From the NCBI GenBank assembly GCA_045660045.1, contig JAZRDB010000014.1, forward strand, positions 55,571 through 119,570: 64,000 nt of DNA, read 5' to 3'. The notes under the pieces are model-generated. The model was not told where the DNA came from, made no database searches, and worked only from the letters and a program-made list of their open reading frames with translations. This stretch comes from Alphaproteobacteria bacterium (lineage in GTDB: Bacteria > Pseudomonadota > Alphaproteobacteria > CAAHEQ01 > UBA3637). Of this stretch, positions 46,236 through 54,480 are shown piece after piece; within the stretch, counting starts at the first letter, position 1, and each line of letters opens with the position of its first letter. The position numbers were made by a program, and so were the translations under genes.

Positions 46236-48894
46236 CCCCAACAAAAACACTCTTTGTTTAGTTGATGGATCGGGATACATTTTCCGGGCTTTTTACGCAT
46301 TACCCCCCATGAATCGACCCGACGGCAAACCAGTCAATGCTGTCTATGGTTTTACCAATATGATGATGAATTTGATTCAAGATAATCCTTGTGCACACAT
46401 GGTGGTGATCTTTGATGCAAAGCGCCAAAATTTTCGTAATGATATTTATCCTGAGTACAAAGCTAACCGTCGCGAAACACCGGAAGAATTAATTCCACAA
46501 TTTCCCCTTATTCGACAGGCCTGTGACGCCTTAAATGTCCCCTGGTTGGAAATGGAAGGATATGAGGCCGATGATTTAATTGCCGCCTATGCCGATTTAG
46601 CTTCAAAGCAAGGTTGGAAAACGACAGTTATTTCAGCCGACAAAGACTTAATGCAATTGATGACAGATTCTGTTTCTTTGTATGATCCAATGAAAAAGAA
46701 AATGCTGACCACCGCTGACGTACAAAATAAATTTGGTGTCACACCAGATAAAGTGGTAGATGTCCAATCTTTGATGGGCGACAGCACGGATAACATCCCC
46801 GGCGCCAATGGTATTGGTCCCAAAACAGCGGCCGAATTGATTCAAAAGTTTGGTTCGCTTCACAATCTATTAGATCATTTAGATGAAATTCCGCAAGAAA
46901 AACGTCGCGAAGGCTTAATCCGCGACAAAGAACAAATCCTGATTTCCGAAAAATTGGTGACACTTGATAAAAACGCCCCCGTCAATCAAGATTTTTCAAA
47001 ATTTCAAACAAAGCCTTATGACACCACACAATTAACGCAATTTTTATTACAAAATGGTTTTCAAAGCTTAATTAAAAAAGTCAAAACAGCTCCGGTTAAA
47101 CAAACACGGGAAGAAACAATTACAGCCCCAAAAACGATTGATTATAAAACAATTCAATCACAAAAATCTTTGGCCGAATGGTTGAAACAGGTGAAGACAA
47201 AGTTGGCGCTGATGATTCAAACAAACATAAAAGATAAATCTTGTTTGGAAGGATTGGCTTTGGCTGCCGATCAAGGAATTGCTTGCTATATTCCACTAGC
47301 TGCCACAACAGAACAGACTGTTGCCACTGATTTATTTGCGGCGGCAGAAAAGAAAATAAATATTGAAGATCTTTTATCTCCCCTAAAACCTTATTTGGAG
47401 GATAAAACCATCCTAAAAATCGGGCACACCATTAAAAATGATTGGCATGCTCTGAAAAAGATCTTTGGTTCTTTTGATCTAACACCATTGGCAGATATTG
47501 AATTGATGAGTTATAATTTGGATGGCACAAAGCATGATCATACCTTGGAAAAGCTGGTTCAAATTCATTTGAATACGACTCTATCCAATGACCAGACTGA
47601 AAATTATATGGCCGAGCGCGCCGATATGATTTTACGACTTTATCTTGTGTTATTAAACAAAATCAAGCAAGAAAAAGCTTTTGAAATTTACCAAGATATT
47701 GATGCACCACTGATTCCAATTCTTTATCATATGGAAGACGCCGGTATTTTAGTGGATCGAACCAACTTAAAGGAATTGGAAGATCGCTTTACCAAGCGCC
47801 TTGATCAATTGACACAAGAAATTCACGCCGAAGCGGGTGAAGAATTCAATATCAATTCTCCTGCACAACTGGGCATCATTTTATATGAAAAGCGTGGCCT
47901 TTCCGGTGGTAAACGGGGAGCTAATGGCCATTGGATAACTGATGTAAAAGCTTTGGAAAATCTGGCCGAACAAGGGGATGCATTGGCCAAATTAGTCTTA
48001 CAATATCGATCCATCGCCAAATTAAAATCCACCTATGTTGATACCTTGATTGAACGGGCTAATAAAGATCCGCGCATTCATACCAATTTTTCTTTGACGG
48101 CAACCAATACGGGGCGCCTTGCAAGTTCCGATCCAAACTTACAAAACATTCCCATTCGCACGGACGAAGGCAAAGAAATCCGCCGTGTCTTTATTGCCAA
48201 ACCTGGTTATAAATTGCTTTCCGCTGACTATTCTCAAATTGAATTACGCCTGATGGCAGAAGTTGCAAATGTTACTAAGCTAAAACAATCTTTTATGAAT
48301 AACGAAGATATTCACGCCCGCACTGCCAGTCAAGTGTTACATATTCCACTTGAACAAATTACCCCAGATCAACGCCGTCGCGCGAAAGCCATCAACTTTG
48401 GTATTATCTATGGCATTTCTCCCTTCGGTTTGGCCGCAAACTTAGGCATTTCCAGAACAGAAGCCAAAGATTACATTGATACCTATTTCGCTGAATATCC
48501 CGAAATCAAACAATATATGACAAACACACAACAATTTGCTGAGGCAAATGGTTATGTCGCCACGCCTTTTGGGCGCAAAGTTTATATTACGGGGTTGAAC
48601 AATCGGGCAACAAAATCTTTTGCCTTGCGGGCGGCCATCAATGCCCCAATTCAAGGCGGTGCAGCCGACATCATTAAAATGGCCATGATCCGTGTAGACA
48701 AAGCGTTGAAGCAATCTAAATTAGATGCTACCTTGCTTTTACAGGTACATGATGAATTGGTGTTAGAAGTGGCCGATAAAGATGTAGAAGCAACAACAAA
48801 ATTGGTTAAATCCGCCATGGAACAAGTGATCGGTCTTTCCTTACCATTGGTGGCGGAAGTCGGCATTGGTGATAATTGGAAGGACGCTCATTAA
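46225..48894 (+). CDS. polA: DNA polymerase I (5' nuclease + degenerate 3'-5' exo + polymerase domains)
   Basis: 889 aa. 5'-nuclease LVDGSGYIFRAFYALP. Polymerase motifs A (LSADYSQIELR), B (RRRAKAINFGIIYG) and C (QVHDELV). Confidence 0.95.
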   Translation: MMNDPNKNTLCLVDGSGYIFRAFYALPPMNRPDGKPVNAVYGFTNMMMNLIQDNPCAHMVVIFDAKRQNFRNDIYPEYKANRRETPEELIPQFPLIRQACDALNVPWLEMEGYEADDLIAAYADLASKQGWKTTVISADKDLMQLMTDSVSLYDPMKKKMLTTADVQNKFGVTPDKVVDVQSLMGDSTDNIPGANGIGPKTAAELIQKFGSLHNLLDHLDEIPQEKRREGLIRDKEQILISEKLVTLDKNAPVNQDFSKFQTKPYDTTQLTQFLLQNGFQSLIKKVKTAPVKQTREETITAPKTIDYKTIQSQKSLAEWLKQVKTKLALMIQTNIKDKSCLEGLALAADQGIACYIPLAATTEQTVATDLFAAAEKKINIEDLLSPLKPYLEDKTILKIGHTIKNDWHALKKIFGSFDLTPLADIELMSYNLDGTKHDHTLEKLVQIHLNTTLSNDQTENYMAERADMILRLYLVLLNKIKQEKAFEIYQDIDAPLIPILYHMEDAGILVDRTNLKELEDRFTKRLDQLTQEIHAEAGEEFNINSPAQLGIILYEKRGLSGGKRGANGHWITDVKALENLAEQGDALAKLVLQYRSIAKLKSTYVDTLIERANKDPRIHTNFSLTATNTGRLASSDPNLQNIPIRTDEGKEIRRVFIAKPGYKLLSADYSQIELRLMAEVANVTKLKQSFMNNEDIHARTASQVLHIPLEQITPDQRRRAKAINFGIIYGISPFGLAANLGISRTEAKDYIDTYFAEYPEIKQYMTNTQQFAEANGYVATPFGRKVYITGLNNRATKSFALRAAINAPIQGGAADIIKMAMIRVDKALKQSKLDATLLLQVHDELVLEVADKDVEATTKLVKSAMEQVIGLSLPLVAEVGIGDNWKDAH

Positions 48895-49677
48895 ATGCGT
48901 TTAGATATCGCTCTTGTTCAACAAAAATTAATTAATACACGCACAAAAGCAAAGGCCGCTATTGAAGCCGGACTTGTATTTTATAAAAACAAAATCGTCA
49001 CAAAACCAAGTCAAGATATTTCTAGCCCAGAAGAATTGAAAATTCGTGGCACCTTATGTCCTTATGTATCACGGGGCGGTTTAAAATTGGAAAAAGCACT
49101 CCAAGAATTTAAAATCAACTTGAAAGATAAAACAGTATTGGATATTGGTTCCTCCACCGGTGGTTTTACTGATTGTGCCTTGCAACACGGTGCAAAACAA
49201 GTGGTTGCTGTGGATGTTGGTAAAGATCAATTGGCTTCAAGTCTGCGCAACAACCCCACTGTTATTGTTTACGAACAAACAGATTTTCGAACAATAGACA
49301 CAAGTAAAATTGCGGATTGCACCATTGCTGTCTCGGATGTGTCATTTATTTCTATCACAAAAATGATTCCAAAATTAAAAGAAATATCTAATCTGACCGA
49401 TTTGATTTGCCTGATTAAACCACAATTTGAATGTGGTAAAGAAATGGCTGACAAATACCATGGGGTTATTAAAGATAAAAAAGTGCATCAAGATGTTTTA
49501 ACAAAAGTGATTACTACCTTTCAAGAAAATGGATTTTCACTTCAAAATCTTACTTTTTCTCCTATCCAAGGTGGCAGCGGAAATATTGAATACTTGGCCC
49601 ATTTCACAACAAATCCTCCATCAAAAAAATTTCACATAAATCAAGTGGTTCAAGACGCGTTTAACCTTGTCAAATAA
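48895..49677 (+). CDS. tlyA: TlyA-family rRNA (cytidine-2'-O)-methyltransferase
   Basis: S4 domain MRLDIALVQQKLINTRTKAKAAIEAG. FtsJ-like SRGGLKLEKAL...LDIGSSTGGFTD. Confidence 0.85.
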   Translation: MRLDIALVQQKLINTRTKAKAAIEAGLVFYKNKIVTKPSQDISSPEELKIRGTLCPYVSRGGLKLEKALQEFKINLKDKTVLDIGSSTGGFTDCALQHGAKQVVAVDVGKDQLASSLRNNPTVIVYEQTDFRTIDTSKIADCTIAVSDVSFISITKMIPKLKEISNLTDLICLIKPQFECGKEMADKYHGVIKDKKVHQDVLTKVITTFQENGFSLQNLTFSPIQGGSGNIEYLAHFTTNPPSKKFHINQVVQDAFNLVK

Positions 49678-49681
49678 GCCC

Positions 49682-49710
49682 CTTGCCTTTTATTTAAAAT
49701 TGTGCTAGGA
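49682..49710 (+). promoter_or_regulatory. candidate sigma70-type promoter TTGCCT-17-TAGGAT
   Basis: TTGCCT at 49682-49687, 17-nt spacer, TAGGAT at 49705-49710. AAGGAG SD before ATG 49734. Confidence 0.4.
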
Positions 49711-49733
49711 TACCCATCAACAAAGGAGTTTGT

Positions 49734-50699
49734 ATGACTGATTTTTCAAAAGTATCTGTAATTGGCTGTGGCCGCTGGGGTGGTTTTTTGGGGTGGTATT
49801 GTGCAACATACAAAAAATCGGATGTCTTATTTTTGGGTGTTCCTGGAGATCCTGCCTATGAATCGTTGATTAAAACAGGCAACAATGGATACTGTCAAAT
49901 GCCCGAAAATGTGTCTTACACAACCGACATGGCCGAAGTTTTGAAAAATAAGTTCATTATTATATCCATTGGATGCCAAGCCTTTCGTGGATTATGCAAA
50001 CAAATGGCCGCCTATGATTTAAAGGGTAAAAAGTTTTTGTTGGCCATGAAGGGATTGGAATCTTCAACGGGTAAACGTATGACTCAAATTTTTGCCGAAG
50101 AAATTCCTGAGCAAGATGTTCAAGTTGCCGTTTTGGGCGGACCAGGACATCCCCAAGATTATTTAAAAGGCATTCCCAGTTGTGTGGTGGTCAGTTCCGC
50201 CTCTGATGAAGCTAAGTATGAAATTGCCGATTACATGAACAGCAACTTAATTCGTTCATACTATGGGACCGATTTGATTGGAAACGAAGTTGCTGCTGCA
50301 TTGAAAAACGTTGTGGGCGTGATGGCTGGCATTTTGGATGGGATGGGCTGGACAGCCTTAAAAGGATCCTTAATGGCCCGCGGTCCTGTTGAAGTTGGCC
50401 GCATTATCGAATATTTCGGCGGACAACCCAAAACCGCTTATGGTTTAGCACACTTGGGGGATTACGAAGCAACATTATTCTCACCTCACAGCCATAATCG
50501 CGCTTATGGTGAAGCGTGGGCAAAAGGCGAAAAGTTTGAAAAACTGGCCGAGGGTGTCCCAACATTGCAGGCTGTTTATGACCTGCGCGACAAGATTGAA
50601 ATTCCACTTTGCACCGCTCTTTATCACGTTATTTACGAGAATGCAGACCCCAAGAAAGAAATAGAGCGTTTATTCCAGCGTCCTGTGAAATCCGAATAA
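49734..50699 (+). CDS. gpsA: NAD(P)H-dependent glycerol-3-phosphate dehydrogenase family protein
   Basis: Rossmann motif VIGCGRWGG. ...AMKGLES... and NEVAAALKNVVGVMAGILDG match GpsA blocks. The N-terminus is diverged. Confidence 0.7.
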   Translation: MTDFSKVSVIGCGRWGGFLGWYCATYKKSDVLFLGVPGDPAYESLIKTGNNGYCQMPENVSYTTDMAEVLKNKFIIISIGCQAFRGLCKQMAAYDLKGKKFLLAMKGLESSTGKRMTQIFAEEIPEQDVQVAVLGGPGHPQDYLKGIPSCVVVSSASDEAKYEIADYMNSNLIRSYYGTDLIGNEVAAALKNVVGVMAGILDGMGWTALKGSLMARGPVEVGRIIEYFGGQPKTAYGLAHLGDYEATLFSPHSHNRAYGEAWAKGEKFEKLAEGVPTLQAVYDLRDKIEIPLCTALYHVIYENADPKKEIERLFQRPVKSE

Positions 50700-50707
50700 T
50701 TTTTATC

Positions 50708-50736
50708 TTGACTTTCACCCCCTTTTTTCGTAAAAT
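50708..50736 (+). promoter_or_regulatory. sigma70-type promoter TTGACT-17-TAAAAT for SRP RNA
   Basis: TTGACT at 50708-50713, 17-nt spacer, TAAAAT at 50731-50736. The predicted +1 (~50743) coincides with the first base of the SRP RNA terminal helix. Confidence 0.65.
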
Positions 50737-50740
50737 AAAG

Positions 50741-50834
50741 GCTGGAAGGGCGTGGACGTTGTCCTTAGGACAGCGGGTCAGGTTCGGAAGAAAGCAGCCC
50801 AGCCTTTGTTTCACGGGTCATGCCTTTCCACCTA
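50741..50834 (+). ncRNA. ffs: signal recognition particle RNA (4.5S, small type)
   Basis: GGTCAGGTTCGGAAGAAAGCAGCC (50776-50799) matches the conserved domain IV of E. coli 4.5S (GGUCAGGUCCGGAAGGAAGCAGCC). It differs only by one compensatory pair change beside the GGAA tetraloop. A 13-bp terminal helix pairs 50743-50755 with 50818-50830. Ends are approximate. Confidence 0.85.
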
Positions 50835-50853
50835 ACATAAAAAAGGATAACGG

Positions 50854-52515
50854 ATGGCCACCAATTCACAAGTTCTTGCACGCAAATATCGCCCTCAGGT
50901 TTTTAATGATCTGATTGGTCAAGAAGCACTTGTTCGCACTATCACAAATGCCATTAAACAAAATCGTTTGGCTCAAGCCTATATTTTGACCGGTATACGA
51001 GGCGTAGGCAAAACAACTTCTGCCCGTATTATTGCTAAAGGGTTAAACTGTATTGGGGAAGATGGCAAGGGTGGCATGACCCCCAACCCATGTGGTAAAT
51101 GCAAACATTGCCAAGATATTGCAAATGATTCCCATATCGACGTGATTGAAATTGATGCCGCCAGCAACACGGGCGTTGATAATGTACGCGAAATTATTGA
51201 AGGCGCTAAATACAATCCCGTTTCTGCCCGTTATAAAATCTATATCATTGACGAAGTCCATATGTTATCCAAAGCGGCCTTTAATGCCCTTTTAAAGACA
51301 TTGGAAGAACCGCCAGAACGCGTTAAATTTATCTTTGCCACAACGGAAATTCGAAAAGTTCCTTTGACGATCTTATCTCGTTGCCAACGCTTTGATTTAA
51401 AGCGCATTGAAACAGAAACGTTGACTAAATATCTGGCTGATATTTGTAAAAAGGAAAAGAAAAAATTTGCCGAAGAAGCGCTTTATTTAATTGCTAAAGC
51501 GGGTGATGGTTCTGTACGTGATTCCTTGTCCTTGTTGGATCAAGCAATGACACAGCTGCCCGATAATCCATCCGTAGATGATGTCCGTCAAATGTTGGGT
51601 GTTGCCGATAAAAGTGCCCTGTTAGATTTGTATCAAGCCATATTAAAAGCAGACATGCCAAAGGCTTTTGATCTGTTGAATCAGCAATATCAAGCTGGTG
51701 CCGATGCATTAAATTTAGTTCAGGATATGATGGATTTAACCTATAAACTCACTTGTTTAAAAGTTGTTCCCCAATCTACCACATTGGAAGGATTCACACA
51801 AAACGAGCAAAAAGCCTTGAAAGACATGGCTACTTCTGCCACGATGCACACATTAACTGCAAATTGGCAACTTCTCATCAAAGGCGTACAAGAGGTACGT
51901 TCATCTGACAAACCTTTCCAAGCCACAGAAATGCTGATGATTCGCATGGCCTACATGTCTGATATTTCAAGCCCAGAACAATTGTTAAATGAAGTAAAAA
52001 AAAACAATGACACGGCGCCCGCTTTAAATGTACAATCAACCATCGTTAAAGAAAATACTGATGCGCCCGCATCTGAAAATAATCAAGACAAAAAAATTGA
52101 AAGACCAAAACCCAGCTTTCAAAACATCCAAGAAATTGTGAATTTAGCACGTTCTAAAGGGGAACGAATTTTGGCTTTTAATTTGGAAAATTTTGTTCGA
52201 CCAATTGAAATTAAAGAAACAACTATCGTTTGTGTTTTAGCCCCCAACACGCCCAGTAATTTTTCTGCCAACTTAACCAAGTTTTTACGCGATCAAACGG
52301 GCACACAATGGTTGTTAAAAGTTGAAAAAACCGGTGGCAATCCATCCATTAAAGAACAAAAAGAAAATGCAAAACAACAATTAATTGGAAATGTTGAAAA
52401 AGATCCCGCAGTTGCCGAAATAGAAAAATTATTTGCCGGCGCAAAAATTGAAAAAATAAAGCCTTTAACACCAACCTCAGATTTACAAGATGAAGCATCC
52501 GAAGAAGATGCATAA
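50854..52515 (+). CDS. dnaX: DNA polymerase III subunits tau/gamma
   Basis: ARKYRPQVFNDLIGQE, Walker A GIRGVGKTT, Zn module CGKCKHC, and SRC motif (LSRCQRF). An A9 run lies at 51996-52004, after domain III. Confidence 0.95.
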   Translation: MATNSQVLARKYRPQVFNDLIGQEALVRTITNAIKQNRLAQAYILTGIRGVGKTTSARIIAKGLNCIGEDGKGGMTPNPCGKCKHCQDIANDSHIDVIEIDAASNTGVDNVREIIEGAKYNPVSARYKIYIIDEVHMLSKAAFNALLKTLEEPPERVKFIFATTEIRKVPLTILSRCQRFDLKRIETETLTKYLADICKKEKKKFAEEALYLIAKAGDGSVRDSLSLLDQAMTQLPDNPSVDDVRQMLGVADKSALLDLYQAILKADMPKAFDLLNQQYQAGADALNLVQDMMDLTYKLTCLKVVPQSTTLEGFTQNEQKALKDMATSATMHTLTANWQLLIKGVQEVRSSDKPFQATEMLMIRMAYMSDISSPEQLLNEVKKNNDTAPALNVQSTIVKENTDAPASENNQDKKIERPKPSFQNIQEIVNLARSKGERILAFNLENFVRPIEIKETTIVCVLAPNTPSNFSANLTKFLRDQTGTQWLLKVEKTGGNPSIKEQKENAKQQLIGNVEKDPAVAEIEKLFAGAKIEKIKPLTPTSDLQDEASEEDA

Positions 52516-52522
52516 AAATCAC

Positions 52523-52551
52523 TTGCAATTTAATTATACTCTTGTTAAAAT
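52523..52551 (+). promoter_or_regulatory. sigma70-type promoter TTGCAA-17-TAAAAT
   Basis: TTGCAA at 52523-52528, 17-nt spacer, TAAAAT at 52546-52551. AAGGAAG SD before ATG 52575. Confidence 0.55.
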
Positions 52552-52574
52552 AAAGCATCTAACAAAGGAAGAAT

Positions 52575-54347
52575 ATGTTTAAAAAAATAAAACAGATGAA
52601 TTTTGTGGTGAATTACAGACGCATGTGGCCGTTTGTTCGCCCCTTTTGGTTCCGTGCTTTGCTCAGCTTAACAATCACAATTCCAATTGGGTCTTTGGAC
52701 GCCGTCATTGCTCTGTCATTAAAACCATTTATGGATACTGTAGTGATTGAACAAAACGGGGCCACTCCATGGAATCTTCCCTTGTATGTTATTCCAATTT
52801 TGATTATTGGTTTTACAATCATTCAATCGATTTTGGAATATGCTGCTGCTTACTTAAATGCTTGGACGGGTGGACAAATTTCCCGCGAATTACGTCGCAA
52901 AATGTACCACAAATTGATGCAAATGGATCAATCATTTTTTGATGCCCGTACATCTGGTGATTTATCACAACGATTTAATGCGGATCCCGCAACCGCATGT
53001 TCTGGCCTGTTGTCTAATTTAAAAACCTTTACAACGCGAATTTTCTCGTCCATTACATTAATTTGCGTTTTATTCTATACCTCTTGGCAATTGGCCATCA
53101 TCGCCATTGTTGTTTTAGGGGGGGCTCTGTATCCATTAGCGGGCATTCGCCGCCGTATTAAAGACATTGTAAAAAAATCTGTCGAGGTGGGTGCAGCTGG
53201 CTTTACAGTCTTTAATGAAACACATGCTGGATCTAAAACAATTGCCTCGTACAATTTACAAGAACACAAACGCCAACAATTCAATGACATTTTAAGGCAA
53301 AGCTTTAAACTCAGCATTAAGAATACTCAACGAACCGCTTGGTTATCCCCAATGATGCACATTGTGATCTCAATCGGTATAGCGGGCGCCATCTGGTATG
53401 GTTCTTATTTGATTACATCCAAACAAATGTCAGCTGGTGATTTTGTTGCCTTTATGACATCCATGTTAATGCTTTATACCCCCATCAAGAATATCGGCAA
53501 AAACTTTACTCAGGTGCAACAATCATTTATGGCGATTGAACGTGTCTTTGAGATGTTGAACTATGATATTCCGGTAAAGGACAAAAAGGATGCCGTTGAA
53601 ATGAAACGTATCAAAAACGATATCACTTTCCATGATGTCTCGTTTGAATACAAACCAGATACGCCCGTGCTAAAACATATCAATTTAACAATTCCAAAAG
53701 GCAAAACGGTCGCCTTTGTTGGCAACTCTGGTGGTGGCAAAAGTACACTTGTCAGTCTTATTCCCCGCTTTTATGATGTGAAGGAAGGGTCTATTACTAT
53801 TGATGGCACAGATCTTCGAAATTTCACTCTCCATTCCCTAAGACAAAATATTGGTATTGTGTTTCAGGATAATTTTCTATTCTCCGGCACCATTCGTGAC
53901 AATATTTTGTTGGGTAAATTCGACGCCACGGAAAATGAAATCAAACAAGCAGTTAAATCCGCATGTTTGGAAGAATTTATTGACGAACTGGAACATGGTT
54001 TAGACACCAATATTGGTGAACGTGGCACCCTGCTTTCTGGTGGCCAAAAACAACGTGTTGCAATCGCTCGTGCCTTTTTGAAAAACGCACCTATTGTGAT
54101 TTTGGACGAAGCTACATCTGCTTTGGACAACAAATCCGAAGGTATTGTTCAACAGGCGATTGACAATTTGATGAAAGACAGAACTGTTTTGGTGATTGCC
54201 CATCGTTTATCTACCATCCAAAATGCCGACAAAATCGTTGTGATCAATGAGGGGGAACTTATTGAGGAAGGCACGCATGATACATTGTTAGCCCAAAATG
54301 GCGCCTATGCTACCCTTTACAACGCACAGTTCAAACACAAGAAATAA
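52575..54347 (+). CDS. ABC exporter, fused permease/ATPase (MsbA-like)
   Basis: 590 aa with six N-terminal TM segments. Walker A GNSGGGKST, signature [14 protein letters not shown], Walker B IVILDEATSALD. Confidence 0.85.
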   Translation: MFKKIKQMNFVVNYRRMWPFVRPFWFRALLSLTITIPIGSLDAVIALSLKPFMDTVVIEQNGATPWNLPLYVIPILIIGFTIIQSILEYAAAYLNAWTGGQISRELRRKMYHKLMQMDQSFFDARTSGDLSQRFNADPATACSGLLSNLKTFTTRIFSSITLICVLFYTSWQLAIIAIVVLGGALYPLAGIRRRIKDIVKKSVEVGAAGFTVFNETHAGSKTIASYNLQEHKRQQFNDILRQSFKLSIKNTQRTAWLSPMMHIVISIGIAGAIWYGSYLITSKQMSAGDFVAFMTSMLMLYTPIKNIGKNFTQVQQSFMAIERVFEMLNYDIPVKDKKDAVEMKRIKNDITFHDVSFEYKPDTPVLKHINLTIPKGKTVAFVGNSGGGKSTLVSLIPRFYDVKEGSITIDGTDLRNFTLHSLRQNIGIVFQDNFLFSGTIRDNILLGKFDATENEIKQAVKSACLEEFIDELEHGLDTNIGERGTLLSGGQKQRVAIARAFLKNAPIVILDEATSALDNKSEGIVQQAIDNLMKDRTVLVIAHRLSTIQNADKIVVINEGELIEEGTHDTLLAQNGAYATLYNAQFKHKK

Positions 54348-54372
54348 AAAAAACAAATTGATAAAGTAAACA

Positions 54373-54406
54373 AATGCCCCTTCTCCAAAGGGGCATTCAT
54401 TTTTTC
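54373..54406 (+). terminator. rho-independent terminator
   Basis: 10-bp stem AATGCCCCTT (54373-54382) / AAGGGGCATT (54388-54397) with a 5-nt loop, followed by CATTTTTTC. Confidence 0.8.
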
Positions 54407-54433
54407 TCACATTTAGCAAGCATTAAAAAAATA

Positions 54434-54462
54434 TTGAAAAAGGTATAAAAAAAAGTTATGCT
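54434..54462 (+). promoter_or_regulatory. sigma70-type promoter TTGAAA-17-TATGCT
   Basis: TTGAAA at 54434-54439, 17-nt spacer, TATGCT at 54457-54462. AAGGGG SD before ATG 54481. Confidence 0.5.
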
Positions 54463-54480
54463 TGAAAAAAAAGGGGAAAA

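Noticed and set aside
50609-50914. Plus- and minus-strand ORFs (50609..50914 and 50629..50814) across the gpsA-dnaX gap.
   Set aside because: The region is explained by a consensus promoter and the SRP RNA, whose conserved domain IV motif and terminal helix are present.
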